Below, in pieces: positions 1 to 10,214 of a DNA stretch of 64,000 bases. The stretch is from a virus. Lineage: Duplodnaviria; Caudoviricetes. Position 1 is the stretch's first letter; every line of letters starts with the position of its first letter. The stretch spans positions 96,001 through 160,000 of the IMG/VR virus record IMGVR_UViG_2873737359_000001; one strand, written 5' to 3'. The notes under the pieces were generated by a model. It was given only the letters and a program-made list of their open reading frames with translations. It had not been told where the DNA came from and did no database searches. The translations under genes and the position numbers were made by a program.

Positions 1-780
1 TATAGTACCATACTGTACGATACAATTCGCTCATTTTGCATAAAAATACAAAAATAATTAAAACTTTTTTGAAATTGTATAATATGCAACAAAGTCCATG
101 AAAAGCACTTATTTTATGCAAAATAGCTGTTTTATGTTGCATAATTGCATAAATATACATCTCAAAACCGCCACTAATTCCTATTAAAAACGGCATGGGG
201 GTGCTTTCAACTGGAAAACCCGTTTTTTTTAAGCATTTCTCCCTAAGCCGGTCTATTTACACACTGACTCAAAATTACATACATCAACTATCACTAAATC
301 GCCTTCGCAGTACTCAATAATGCCTTTATTTGACCCGTATATAGCCTTTAAGCATCCTTAATCCGCACATATATACTCCTATACACCATATCGCTACAAT
401 TTCATTTATACGGCATTTTCACGAGTTTTTCATATTCCTTCACATCCCCTCTTAAAACCATTTATATCGATCCTCGCAAAGTCCATATATTGCTCCTAAA
501 AAGTGCATTTTACTCATAAATATTTTTATCGATATTTGCATCGAAAAAATGTATAAATATGCAATTAATATGCTTATACATCGCATAAATATACATATCA
601 ATATTCCAGTAGATCAATCATTACTAATTCCACAAAACCGAGTTTCTTCCTATATAATGTCGTTACGATTTCAATATTAATGCTATCCATCCGTGACACT
701 CTCTTATCGTCATCGTGATCTCGTCGTTTTCTTCGCATAACAATATCATTAAAAATTTATTATTCTTATTATAAAATTCA

Positions 781-809
781 TTGACATTTCAATATTATAG
801 TGCTATCAT
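781..809 (+). promoter_or_regulatory. Sigma-A promoter for the thg1-RNAP operon
   Basis: TTGACA (781-786), 17 bp spacer, TG-extended TATCAT (804-809). Confidence 0.75.
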
Positions 810-817
810 AAATTCAA

Positions 818-933
818 GTTGAAACTATCAATAATAAATTAAGTATTTAAAATATTATTGATGACTGTACCTTGAAAACTAAATAACAATAACAAGTGAT
901 ATTTTTTTATGTTGAAACTATCAAAAATAAATT
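818..933. repeat. Two 23-bp direct repeats with a palindromic core (operator-like)
   Basis: GTTGAAACTATCAA(T/A)AATAAATT at 818-840 and 911-933, 1 mismatch; core TTGA-N5-TCAA. Confidence 0.7.
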
Positions 934-958
934 TAATGACCATAAGGAGAATTAAAGA

Positions 959-1804
959 ATGTCAAGAAAATTAACAGAATTCGATAAACGAATGCAAAAT
1001 TACAAGTATACTTCGGACCAATCTCTCATGAGACGCACACCAGTTATCATCCAGATAGATGGTATGCATTTTCACACATTTACTCAAGGATTAGACAAAC
1101 CTTTTGATGAGGTTATTGTAAGATCCATGCAAGATACAGCAAAGTATTTATGCGAGAACATCCAAGGATGCGTTCTGGCTTATACTCAATCAGATGAGAT
1201 CAACCTTCTTCTTATTGACTATCAGAGGCTTGACTCGCAGGCATGGTTTGATAATCGAATTCAGAAACTTACCTCTGCCGCTGCTTCTCTTGCGACACTT
1301 GCATTCAATAGAAGCTTTAGAGAGCAAGTCGTGATTATGGAACACATGTCTATTCATGACCATGGTTATTCAAATCAATACATTAAGAAACACAGAGCGT
1401 TAAATAAGGGCGCTACATTTGCAGCATGTGCTTTTAATCTTCCGCAGGATGAAGTTACAAATTTCTTCTATTGGAGACAGCAAGATGCAATCCGTAATTC
1501 GATTCAGATGGTAGGCCAAGCGAACTTCTCTCATACCGAGCTGCAGTATAAATCTTGTGAAGATATTAAGCAGATGCTTAGAGATAAATCGGAGGTTACC
1601 GGGGGCACCATAAAACCATGGGAAGATTACCCAATATTTCTTCAACGAGGTGCTTGTATTATTAAAAACGAAGAAGTATTGGATCAGGATGATCCGGAAA
1701 TCTATAAACGCTTTTACTGGGATGTAGACGAGAATATTCCTATCTTTAAAGGCGATGGAAGAAACTACATTAATAAGCTTGTATATCTTGACGAGGAGGA
1801 ATAA
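959..1804 (+). CDS. thg1: Thg1-like tRNA(His) guanylyltransferase / 3'-5' polymerase
   Basis: Motifs IIQIDGMHFHTFT, YTQSDEI, WRQQDAIRNS; SD AAGGAG. Confidence 0.9.
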   Translation: MSRKLTEFDKRMQNYKYTSDQSLMRRTPVIIQIDGMHFHTFTQGLDKPFDEVIVRSMQDTAKYLCENIQGCVLAYTQSDEINLLLIDYQRLDSQAWFDNRIQKLTSAAASLATLAFNRSFREQVVIMEHMSIHDHGYSNQYIKKHRALNKGATFAACAFNLPQDEVTNFFYWRQQDAIRNSIQMVGQANFSHTELQYKSCEDIKQMLRDKSEVTGGTIKPWEDYPIFLQRGACIIKNEEVLDQDDPEIYKRFYWDVDENIPIFKGDGRNYINKLVYLDEEE

Positions 1805-1807
1805 TTT

Positions 1808-2152
1808 ATGAAACCAATGTTATTTTTTGAATATGAAACTCTAGTAAACTCACCAGGAAAGCTTCTTATTAAAAAAGAAGTCTTGCAGAAACTTATCGAC
1901 GATGCTTATGCCGCAGGTATTGAGGATGGTAAGAAGGATGCTTTGATTGAAAAACTAAAAGAAGATTCAAAGTCTGGCTCCGGATCCCCATTATGGAACT
2001 ATCGAGATATTGGATCGAATCCATGGTGGAAAGGTGGTCCGACAGTAATTAACGAGTATCTTAATAAAGATGCAGAACGCCAGGTACAGAAAGAGCTTCA
2101 TCCGTCTGTTCGCACACCAGATATAAAGAAATCTGTAATAACTACATGTTAA
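1808..2152 (+). CDS. Hypothetical protein
   Basis: 114-aa ORF with SD GGAGG, operonic. Confidence 0.7.
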   Translation: MKPMLFFEYETLVNSPGKLLIKKEVLQKLIDDAYAAGIEDGKKDALIEKLKEDSKSGSGSPLWNYRDIGSNPWWKGGPTVINEYLNKDAERQVQKELHPSVRTPDIKKSVITTC

Positions 2153-2167
2153 AGGAGAATCGCTGTA

Positions 2168-2281
2168 ATGATAGCAGGAATAATAATATTTATTGCAGGA
2201 GTTGCGCTTGGTATAGCAAGTGTATGTATCTGGGCGTTATGTGCTGCAGGTGATGACGAAGATAAAGATTTAGAACGATAA
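2168..2281 (+). CDS. Small single-TM membrane protein (37 aa; not in ORF track)
   Basis: SD AAGGAG; MIAGIIIFIAGVALGIASVCIWALCAAGDDEDKDLER. Confidence 0.65.
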   Translation: MIAGIIIFIAGVALGIASVCIWALCAAGDDEDKDLER

Positions 2282-2350
2282 TTTTTTTATATTTGATACT
2301 GTAAATTATAAACTTAATGCAAACATTTTAAATTAAAGGAGAATAAAATA

Positions 2351-3313
2351 ATGAAAAACATGAACGAGAACACAAACGTAACAACAAAAGGAACACCGTC
2401 ACTTAATATGATCACACCAATTACTCCTTCTTCTTCCATCTCCCAGTGTGAGACCTTCAATCATCCAGAATTTGGAAATCTGCGCTGCATTGAGATTGAT
2501 GGAGAGCCATGGTTTGTGGGAAAAGATGTAGCAGACGCACTTGGATACAGTAACGCTAGTAAAGCAATTATTGCCCATGTTGATTCAGAAGATAAAGTTA
2601 TTAAAATGCTACCGAATTCCCAAAATGGGAAGACGATCGGAAAGGCATACATCATTAACGAATCCGGTCTCTACTCTCTCATCCTCAGCAGCAAACTTGA
2701 ATCTGCGAAACGCTTCAAACGCTGGGTAACATCTGAAGTACTGCCGTGCATCAGAAAAACTGGGGGATATATTGTAGGACAGGAGAATATGCCGAAAGAG
2801 GTATTGCTTGCTCATGCAGTACTGGAGTCTCAGAAGATCATTGAAGAGAATACCAGGGAAATCGCAAAACTCCATAATGAATGCACGCTTCTGAATGATC
2901 AGGTAGAACACAGCCAGGAAATTATTGATGCCTTCTCAAAGAACATTACTCCTTCAGAGAAACGAGCGATTCTGAACCGACTCATGACATGGCATCACGG
3001 AGCTGTGGCTGGATCACGCTGGACTGTTCTTTATAGAGAATTCGAGGCAAAATATCACTTCAATCTTGATGTGAGGATCAATAATTATAATAAGAATCCA
3101 GATAATAAAAGAATTAAATCAAAGCTTGAATATGTAGATCGTGTTCTCGGAATGCTTGATCAGCTCTATGAACTTGCGGTAAAACTCTTCCATTCTGATG
3201 CAGAGGCTTTGATTGAGGAAATGTATTATGTAAGAAAAACTGATGAAGAAATTCTTCAGGACTCTATGCTTGATACTATTCCGGATGAAGTATTTGAAAG
3301 GAGCAATAATTAA
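2351..3313 (+). CDS. BRO-N domain protein (antirepressor-like)
   Basis: FNHPEFGNLRCIEIDGEPWFVGKDVADALGY...INESGLYSLILSSK...FKRWVTSEVLP. Confidence 0.9.
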   Translation: MKNMNENTNVTTKGTPSLNMITPITPSSSISQCETFNHPEFGNLRCIEIDGEPWFVGKDVADALGYSNASKAIIAHVDSEDKVIKMLPNSQNGKTIGKAYIINESGLYSLILSSKLESAKRFKRWVTSEVLPCIRKTGGYIVGQENMPKEVLLAHAVLESQKIIEENTREIAKLHNECTLLNDQVEHSQEIIDAFSKNITPSEKRAILNRLMTWHHGAVAGSRWTVLYREFEAKYHFNLDVRINNYNKNPDNKRIKSKLEYVDRVLGMLDQLYELAVKLFHSDAEALIEEMYYVRKTDEEILQDSMLDTIPDEVFERSNN

Positions 3314-5166
3314 TGAGACTGTTACCAAGTTTTCAATATGATGGACATATTATTAGTCTCCAGGATCCCGTCGTAATGGACGGGGAACTGGTGATACGCT
3401 GTACATGCTTGAATGCTGAATTTGATGGTCAATCAAGTATTATGAACTTTACGCTTTATACTGATACAACAAGTGTGATGATTAGAGCTGATATATTTGA
3501 TCGACAGTGTCAAGAATTATTAGGAGATTGGACATTTTTTGAAGATGATCGCGGACAGCATTTTTTTTCTAGTCCTTTTCAATCCGGAAATACAAATTAT
3601 TCTGAATGGTTTATTGATAGGATAAATGATCCGCGATGTATTACGGATGGGCGTCTTGATAGAGATAAATGTGTAAGAAGATTATTTTGTCAAGGCAGAG
3701 CTAGCTATGATTGTCAAAGAAACAGTTACGTTATGTATCCTACGCAACGTTTTGAGGTAATAAATACAACTGAAGGAGACTTTGCACCTGGAAGAATTGC
3801 CGCTTACAATGGTCAAAGTGTTCAAATGCATGGATTTTCTGACAGCACAGATAGATATGTAACTGATAGAAACGGTAGGCGATTATTTAATTATTCTGGA
3901 TTTCAATCAGTAACTAGATTCGAATCCAGTAGTTTTTCTATGGAATTTAATGAAATATCACAACCAGAGAAAAAGTATATCCATTCTTATAATTATAAGC
4001 CAGATTATATTCCTCATTATATAGAAAATGAAAATCCAGATACTACTCTTCTACTCGGCGCAGAAATTGAAGTGGCCGGAAATCATCCGGAAACAGATAG
4101 AAGAATCAAAGAAGATGTCGTAAAAAAATGTATTCAGATTATGAACGGATCTGATTCAGATGAGGAGAATTTAATTTATTCCACACATGATGGCACTGTA
4201 CAGATTGAATTTGATACTATGCCATGTAGCCTGGAGTTTCATAAGAACAAAATGAATTATAGAAAAATGTTTAAATATCTGGACTCCGTTGGATATAAGG
4301 GACATGATTGTGATTGTGCTGGATTACATATCCATGCTGACAGGAAATATTTAGGCAGGACAAAATTCCAACAAGATTTAGTAATTGCAAAGATTCTATA
4401 TATTATTGAAAAATTCAATGATGATCTGTGTATAATTGCGCGTCGTAATAATGATTATAGCGTTTTTTGCGGAGATAAATGTACATCAGATACTGCAGTT
4501 ACACTTTATGGGAAATATAGAAATATTGGCAAAAGGGCTGCATTAAATCTGCAGCATTCTAATACCATAGAGTTTCGTATGTTCAGAAGTACTCTTAAAT
4601 ACGAAACATTGCTGCTCACATTAGAATTAGTACAGGATATTATTAACTTTTCTAAGAACATTTCGTTCGAAGAATTAGAAGATATGTCCTGGAACGATTT
4701 AATGGATACATTTTCTGACGCTTTAAAAAGATATTATATTTCTCGAAGGAATAAAGAATTTGAGAAGAAAATAAACAAGTCAGATGTTATAAAAAAGGAA
4801 AAGAAGAAACTTCGTAAGAAAATTAGTGATCTTAGGAAACGTATTCAAAGATGTATTATTCCCATGGAAAAGAAAAAATTAAATAAAGAGATGGATGAAT
4901 TGCAAAAGTATCTTAATAAATTGAGTAAAACGCCCGAACATACCGAACGTATATGGGGAGATCCTTCAACAGGACATGTAGAAAATATACATGATGCAAT
5001 ATTTAATGTTGCTAGTACATCAAATTCTATATGTACTATATCATCTCATGAAAGTGTACGCGGACGTAGGGTAGAGTCATTACCTTTAGATGACAGAGAT
5101 ATTAGAAGAATCAACGAAATTTGGGATGGATATGGAAATATAAATACGGCGTTGGTAACTGATTAA
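3313..5166 (+). CDS. Putative amidoligase (COOH-NH2 ligase type) with N-terminal extension and C-terminal coiled coil
   Basis: GAEIEV, HDGTV-x-IEFDTMP, CAGLHIH, ALNL, TIEFRMFRST. Confidence 0.8.
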   Translation: MRLLPSFQYDGHIISLQDPVVMDGELVIRCTCLNAEFDGQSSIMNFTLYTDTTSVMIRADIFDRQCQELLGDWTFFEDDRGQHFFSSPFQSGNTNYSEWFIDRINDPRCITDGRLDRDKCVRRLFCQGRASYDCQRNSYVMYPTQRFEVINTTEGDFAPGRIAAYNGQSVQMHGFSDSTDRYVTDRNGRRLFNYSGFQSVTRFESSSFSMEFNEISQPEKKYIHSYNYKPDYIPHYIENENPDTTLLLGAEIEVAGNHPETDRRIKEDVVKKCIQIMNGSDSDEENLIYSTHDGTVQIEFDTMPCSLEFHKNKMNYRKMFKYLDSVGYKGHDCDCAGLHIHADRKYLGRTKFQQDLVIAKILYIIEKFNDDLCIIARRNNDYSVFCGDKCTSDTAVTLYGKYRNIGKRAALNLQHSNTIEFRMFRSTLKYETLLLTLELVQDIINFSKNISFEELEDMSWNDLMDTFSDALKRYYISRRNKEFEKKINKSDVIKKEKKKLRKKISDLRKRIQRCIIPMEKKKLNKEMDELQKYLNKLSKTPEHTERIWGDPSTGHVENIHDAIFNVASTSNSICTISSHESVRGRRVESLPLDDRDIRRINEIWDGYGNINTALVTD

Positions 5167-5189
5167 TATAGGAAGGAGATTTTTATTGA

Positions 5190-8051
5190 TTGTCTGAATT
5201 TGGTCTAAAAATAAAAAATATTAAAGCTGGCACTCTCTTTGGATATAATCAGGGTGTCAGAGATAGATACGATTACACTGATGCTATGTTTAGTAATAGC
5301 TTGTTCAGTGATTATATAAGAGCAAATGGATTAAATGTATGGAAGGATACAAGTACTAGAGATATTATTTGTTTGGATTTTGATTTTGGTAGCCGCAGCT
5401 ATGAGGAAGAATTAATCCATTTAAAAAAACAATTTGCAGGATTCGAAGAAGACAAGAAAATGTCTGAGGAATCTAAACAACGTATACGAGATATATTCAA
5501 GAAAATCGAAGAAAACAAAGATAATTATGCTAAATATTCAAAAGATGAAATCAGAGAACTGTTCTATGAGAATGGTGTCGATGTTGAATACATAAACAAG
5601 TCTGGAGACAAAAAAGAAACACAAATTATCAACTATAAAATGCTCTATCGAAACTCTTCTAAAGCGAAAATTGGACAGGTTATGTTTATTAATAGCCGTT
5701 TATATAAAAAAGCTTACGATTGGCTAACTATGGGATTAGGTGAAAAGATGCCTATAGATGATGCTAAAATCGTAGAAATGTCTGCTTATGCTCCCCTTAC
5801 TACTTCTACTATTGTAGGAAAATTCTTTTGCCCGGTAAAAGATATTCTTATATTAAAGGATCATGATAGTTTCTTTAAAACTATGGCCAAGATCGTAAAG
5901 GCTAAGGAATACACAGATTACGAAAAGGTTGTTGATGAAGAAGCTACTGAGGCCGCAAGACAAAAGGCGATCCGGGAAAAGAAATTTTTAAAGGATGGTG
6001 TTACTCCTAAATATACCAAAAGATATAAACTCATTGAGGTTAAAAAGAAAAAATGTGTGGTTACAGATGAAGAAACTGAGGTAAAGAATACTTTATGGGA
6101 TGGTGAAGCCCTGGCGGAATCTTCTATCCTGCCGGATTGGGTAAACGGGATGGCACTGTTGCGTAATCATTTTTTCAAAGCTTGTGCGATCCGGACCAAT
6201 ATACAACTCTTCTTTAAGGACTGGTGTGAAAAAAATAATGTTGATTATGAGACATACGAAGTTAAGGATATGTTCGGTATATCTCATAGATTGAAAGATA
6301 TTAAGATGATCACTACCGATAATGCTATCAAATGGAAGAAATTCATGAATTTAATGGGTGATACACCTGTAGAAGCTTATCAGTATTGGTGTGATCGTGT
6401 TGAGGCAGACGGCTGCTACTGGGGCATAGTTAAAACTGATCACCCTAGTAAGCTTGGATCTGGACAACAGATGAGCTACCAGATGATCAATACTCTCCCA
6501 TCCTATAACCCGGATAGTGCTTATCCATGTTGTTATGTAGATGAGATCCGTGAATTAGCTAAGGAAAGTGTTGGCTATGTTGAGTCTATGAAGAAAGATA
6601 ATGCATTATATGCTAAATTCCTTAAGAAGAATGCTACGTCAGTAAATCACTATGAAATGCTATACGATTTGTATAACTGGGAAGAAACTATTGGCAATAG
6701 TGACTGGTTTAGACTTGAAAAGAGGAAAATAATAAATACTTATGTAAACAGACTTAATAATGGAAAAATTGTTATAATTGGCGACAATCTTACTATATTT
6801 GGAAATCCATATGCATTATTAATGGCTGCAGTTGGAGAAAATCCAGAAACAGATCCGACGCTAAAACCAGAGCCAGGAACGATTCAATGCTATACTACAA
6901 GTTTTGATGATAACGAATATTTATGTGGCATTAGAAACCCTCATAATAGTCCGAATAATATTTGTTATTTACACAATCATTATAGTCCTGAATTAGAAAA
7001 ATATTTTAAGTTAAGTAAAAATATTATGTTTGTAAATTGTGTTCACACAGACATACAAGATCGTGCAAATGGATGCGATTTTGATTCAGATTTCTTTTTT
7101 GTTACAAATAATAGCGTTATGGTACGAAGTGCAAAAGTTGCTTATGAGAAATATCCTACTATCGTAAATAAGCTTAAAGAAAGTGGCATTACATATAAAA
7201 ATACAATGAAAGAATACGCAAGAATGGATAACAAATTTGCCAAATCTAGGATCGGAATTGGAGAATCTAGCAACCTCGCTCAATCAGCAATGACATATTA
7301 TTGGACTAATCCAACTAAAGAATTATATGATAATTTTGTTATTCTTTCTGTGCTTGCTCAGGTAATCATTGATGGGTGTAAAAGAGAATATGAAGTTGAT
7401 GCTTTGGAAGAGATAAAACGAATTAAAAAGCTTAAATGTATGGATAAGTATATTGAAATTATAGATGAAGATGGAAAAGTAAAAAAGCAAAAAAAAGATT
7501 TTCCTGAATTTATGCGATATACAAGAAAAATTTCTTATACTAAGAATGGTAAGGAAATTGAGCGTGATATTATTAATGAGCAAAAAGCTAAATTAAACAA
7601 CAGAATTGATTCAAATTTAATATGTCCTATGAATGCATTAATAATTGTTTTGAAGGAAATAAAGCCGGCATCTCAGACAAATGCTATTCCTATTAAAGAG
7701 TTTATCGTGCATATTACAGGAGATGCAAACAGAAGGCAAATGGCAAAAATAACAGCTTATGCGAAGGAACTGGAATTATTAAGTAAAGACAATATGTCTG
7801 AAGATGAAGTATCCTTATATATAACAAGATACGATGAAATACTTGTAGATTTAAAGAAAATGAAAATTAATAATCCTAAAACAATGAATAGATTGATTAT
7901 TTCTGGATTGAATATAAATACAAGAGGAAGAAAAAACGATTGTCAAAAGTACACTCGTAATTTATTAAATTTATTATATAGAATGAATAAAGATGTGTTC
8001 TTATCGAACTTCAAAAGAAATTTACACGAATTCGAAAAAAAAATCGCTTAA
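5190..8051 (+). CDS. YonO-like single-subunit (two-barrel) phage RNA polymerase
   Basis: 953 aa; RNPHNSP and QDRANGCDFDSD (DxDGD-type catalytic loop); upstream of HU and late genes as in SPbeta. Confidence 0.85.
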   Translation: MSEFGLKIKNIKAGTLFGYNQGVRDRYDYTDAMFSNSLFSDYIRANGLNVWKDTSTRDIICLDFDFGSRSYEEELIHLKKQFAGFEEDKKMSEESKQRIRDIFKKIEENKDNYAKYSKDEIRELFYENGVDVEYINKSGDKKETQIINYKMLYRNSSKAKIGQVMFINSRLYKKAYDWLTMGLGEKMPIDDAKIVEMSAYAPLTTSTIVGKFFCPVKDILILKDHDSFFKTMAKIVKAKEYTDYEKVVDEEATEAARQKAIREKKFLKDGVTPKYTKRYKLIEVKKKKCVVTDEETEVKNTLWDGEALAESSILPDWVNGMALLRNHFFKACAIRTNIQLFFKDWCEKNNVDYETYEVKDMFGISHRLKDIKMITTDNAIKWKKFMNLMGDTPVEAYQYWCDRVEADGCYWGIVKTDHPSKLGSGQQMSYQMINTLPSYNPDSAYPCCYVDEIRELAKESVGYVESMKKDNALYAKFLKKNATSVNHYEMLYDLYNWEETIGNSDWFRLEKRKIINTYVNRLNNGKIVIIGDNLTIFGNPYALLMAAVGENPETDPTLKPEPGTIQCYTTSFDDNEYLCGIRNPHNSPNNICYLHNHYSPELEKYFKLSKNIMFVNCVHTDIQDRANGCDFDSDFFFVTNNSVMVRSAKVAYEKYPTIVNKLKESGITYKNTMKEYARMDNKFAKSRIGIGESSNLAQSAMTYYWTNPTKELYDNFVILSVLAQVIIDGCKREYEVDALEEIKRIKKLKCMDKYIEIIDEDGKVKKQKKDFPEFMRYTRKISYTKNGKEIERDIINEQKAKLNNRIDSNLICPMNALIIVLKEIKPASQTNAIPIKEFIVHITGDANRRQMAKITAYAKELELLSKDNMSEDEVSLYITRYDEILVDLKKMKINNPKTMNRLIISGLNINTRGRKNDCQKYTRNLLNLLYRMNKDVFLSNFKRNLHEFEKKIA

Positions 8052-8394
8052 AATCCCATATAAAATAACAAAAATTAAGGATCGTTTAGCGTCCGGTATA
8101 TGAGGGAAATAACTTTTTGCTTCGTTACGTCTTCAGGTCAATATTATACGTAGGATATTGATACATGTGCGTAGACAGCTCCTTGAAAAAGAGTGAAACC
8201 TTCCGCGCTATTGCCGATTGCGTGTTTAAATATGGAATTCGAATTTAAATAAGTTGATGCTTCCCGGATGGGCGAAAACATCCGGTATAAAAAAAGTGTT
8301 AATCAGGAACATTATACGTCTCCCCCGGACCTCAATCGCCGCCTGGTGCAACGCTTTTTTTACCAAATATATATTTGAAAACAAGGAGAACAAA

Positions 8395-8736
8395 ATGAAA
8401 AATTATAGAATGTCCAAAGGGACCACAGAACACTACACTTCTTTTAAAGATCTTAGAGAAGCCTGGGGATTACCCAAAGTTACTAATAAAACTCGTGATG
8501 CTAAAAAACTTAAAAAGCAGCAGGAATCATTTCTTAGTAAACATATTTGTAGAGCTTGTGGCAACCCATTGACATATACTGGCGGAAATATTATGACTTG
8601 CACAAATCCTGATTGCAAAGGAATTAAAATCGAACGCGAAGATAAAGAAGGAAATATAATCACTTCTTATATCAGATCAGTTCATTTACTTGATTCGGTC
8701 GGAGAAAGAATTGCACATAATATTTTTAGCAAATAA
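8395..8736 (+). CDS. Zinc-finger protein
   Basis: SD AAGGAG before ATG 8395; CRACG...CTNPDC. Confidence 0.7.
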   Translation: MKNYRMSKGTTEHYTSFKDLREAWGLPKVTNKTRDAKKLKKQQESFLSKHICRACGNPLTYTGGNIMTCTNPDCKGIKIEREDKEGNIITSYIRSVHLLDSVGERIAHNIFSK

Positions 8737-8763
8737 GTAAATAAACAATATTAAATAGTACAT

Positions 8764-8792
8764 AAAGCAGCGCATTCTGGTGTGCTGCTTTT
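8764..8792 (+). terminator. Intrinsic terminator-like hairpin
   Basis: AAAGCAGCGCA/TGTGCTGCTTT. Confidence 0.6.
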
Positions 8793-8837
8793 ATTATATC
8801 AAAAAAAATAAATTATAAGAAAAAAAGGAGTAACAAG

Positions 8838-9113
8838 ATGAATAAAGTTGGATTTATTAAGGAAGTAGCAACACGTACAAAGATGACTCAGAAGGATATC
8901 AAGGCCATTCTTGATGCCATGCAGGATGTAACATTTGATACTCTCGCAAGTGGCGAGGAAGTAAAACTTATGGATGGTGTCACTCTCGCAGTAGTACATA
9001 AAGAGGCACGTACAGCTCGTAATCCGCAGACAGGTGAGTCTGTTGAGGTAGCAGCTAAGAATGCTGTAAGATGTAAATTCGGTAAGGCAATTAAAGAGGC
9101 TGTAAATTCCTAA
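8838..9113 (+). CDS. hup: HU family DNA-binding protein
   Basis: MNKVGFIKEVA...ARTARNPQTGE...VRCKFGKAIKEAVN. Confidence 0.92.
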   Translation: MNKVGFIKEVATRTKMTQKDIKAILDAMQDVTFDTLASGEEVKLMDGVTLAVVHKEARTARNPQTGESVEVAAKNAVRCKFGKAIKEAVNS

Positions 9114-9213
9114 GAGAAAATTACAACAGATCCAAAGTATAATTTTGCTTATATTGCACCTCCTCTCTGCAATTAATATATTGGCCTAGGATCTTTTGGT
9201 CCTAGGCTACTCT

Positions 9214-9286
9214 TGGTCCATAGCTCAGTTGGTAGAGCGGCTGGCTGTTAACCAGCGTGTCGTAGGTTCAAGTCCTACTGGATCAG
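9214..9286 (+). tRNA. tRNA-Asn(GTT)
   Basis: Acceptor TGGTCCA/TGGATCA, loop CTGTTAA, GGTTCAAGTCC; no encoded CCA. Confidence 0.9.
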
Positions 9287-9288
9287 TT

Positions 9289-9460
9289 TATGGCATCTGA
9301 AAGTTTGGAGCGAATGGATTGCACAGGATATATATATAGTATATGTGAAATTAACCGAGTTACTAATATATTCTGATCGGGATTAAGCAATCATTCTTAG
9401 TAGGTAATAAGTGAACATGCTGAAGCATCTTGAAACGATGTTTGATATAGTTCTGCCATA
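9289..9460 (+). ncRNA. Unassigned structured RNA A in tRNA spacer
   Basis: Closing stem TATGGCA/TGCCATA, inner stem GAATGGATTGC/GCAATCATTC; shares a 13-mer with RNA B. Confidence 0.5.
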
Positions 9461-9473
9461 TAAATACGAATAA

Positions 9474-9544
9474 TGCGGGATAGAGGAGCGGATCCTTGCT
9501 AGGCTCATGCCCTAGAGACGATTGTTCGAATCAATCTCCCGCTA
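9474..9544 (+). tRNA. tRNA-Met(CAT), initiator-like
   Basis: 1:72 T-T mismatch, A11-T24, loop CTCATGC. Confidence 0.8.
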
Positions 9545-9548
9545 TTTT

Positions 9549-9619
9549 TAGGAAATAGTTTAATAGGTAAAGCTGGTGTTCACGTGGCACTAATACTGGT
9601 TCAAGTCCAGTTTTCCTAG
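9549..9619 (+). pseudogene. Degenerate tRNA (loop TCACGTG, nominal ACG)
   Basis: Good acceptor TAGGAAA/TTTCCTA and T arm; anticodon loop lacks U33 and purine 37. Confidence 0.6.
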
Positions 9620-9625
9620 TTTTAT

Positions 9626-9776
9626 GGGATGCAAAAGTAGAAGCAGATCACTTCTAAAGATTTATAATTAGCTCCCCCATTTGTGGAGTTAATTGTCTGA
9701 AAAGGATATAAAACTATAGCTCTGTATATCTGAAGTAGGTAATAAGACAGACAAAGAGGCAGAATCTTCGCATCCC
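9626..9776 (+). ncRNA. Unassigned structured RNA B in tRNA spacer
   Basis: Closing stem GGGATGC/GCATCCC, several inner hairpins, TGTCT/AGACA and GATATA/TATATC. Confidence 0.5.
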
Positions 9777-9781
9777 GCCGA

Positions 9782-9855
9782 GTCCGGTTGGTCTAATAGG
9801 TCTATGACACAGCCCTTTCAAGGCTGTAATATGGGTTCGATTCCCGTACCGGACA
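9782..9855 (+). tRNA. tRNA-Glu(TTC)
   Basis: GTCCGGT/ACCGGAC; loop CTTTCAA. Confidence 0.9.
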
Positions 9856-9859
9856 TTAT

Positions 9860-9931
9860 GTACCATTGGTCTAATGGCTATGATATTTGACTTCCAATCA
9901 AATGATATGGGTTCAATTCCCATATGGTACT
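9860..9931 (+). tRNA. tRNA-Gly(TCC)
   Basis: GTACCAT/ATGGTAC; loop CTTCCAA. Confidence 0.88.
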
Positions 9932-10032
9932 TAAAGGTATTAGGTTTGGAATCCTTAAGGATTATTTTGGATGGTGGCATTCATAACTGTAAAACCATTT
10001 GTAGCTAGTTACAATAAATTTCCTATAAAAAT

Positions 10033-10116
10033 GCTGCTTTGGCGTAATTGGCAGGCGCACAAGATTTAAGCTCTTGTGGTTTTAAAACCGTGTGGGTTCA
10101 AGTCCCACAAGCAGTA
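10033..10116 (+). tRNA. tRNA-Leu(TAA)
   Basis: GCTGCTT/AAGCAGT; loop TTTAAGC; long variable arm. Confidence 0.9.
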
Positions 10117-10214
10117 TCGAGAATGGACGAATAGAACCATTCTCGTCTTTCATTGTGTTTTTTATAGTTTTCTTCATGTTTTTCGCAGGAGGCTTTTGTC
10201 TCCTGCTCTCCTCT

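Noticed and set aside
1-780. Non-coding AT-rich region with short repeats (GCATAAATATACAT twice) as origin, packaging site or CRISPR
   Set aside because: No regular repeat-spacer periodicity and not enough evidence to assign a function
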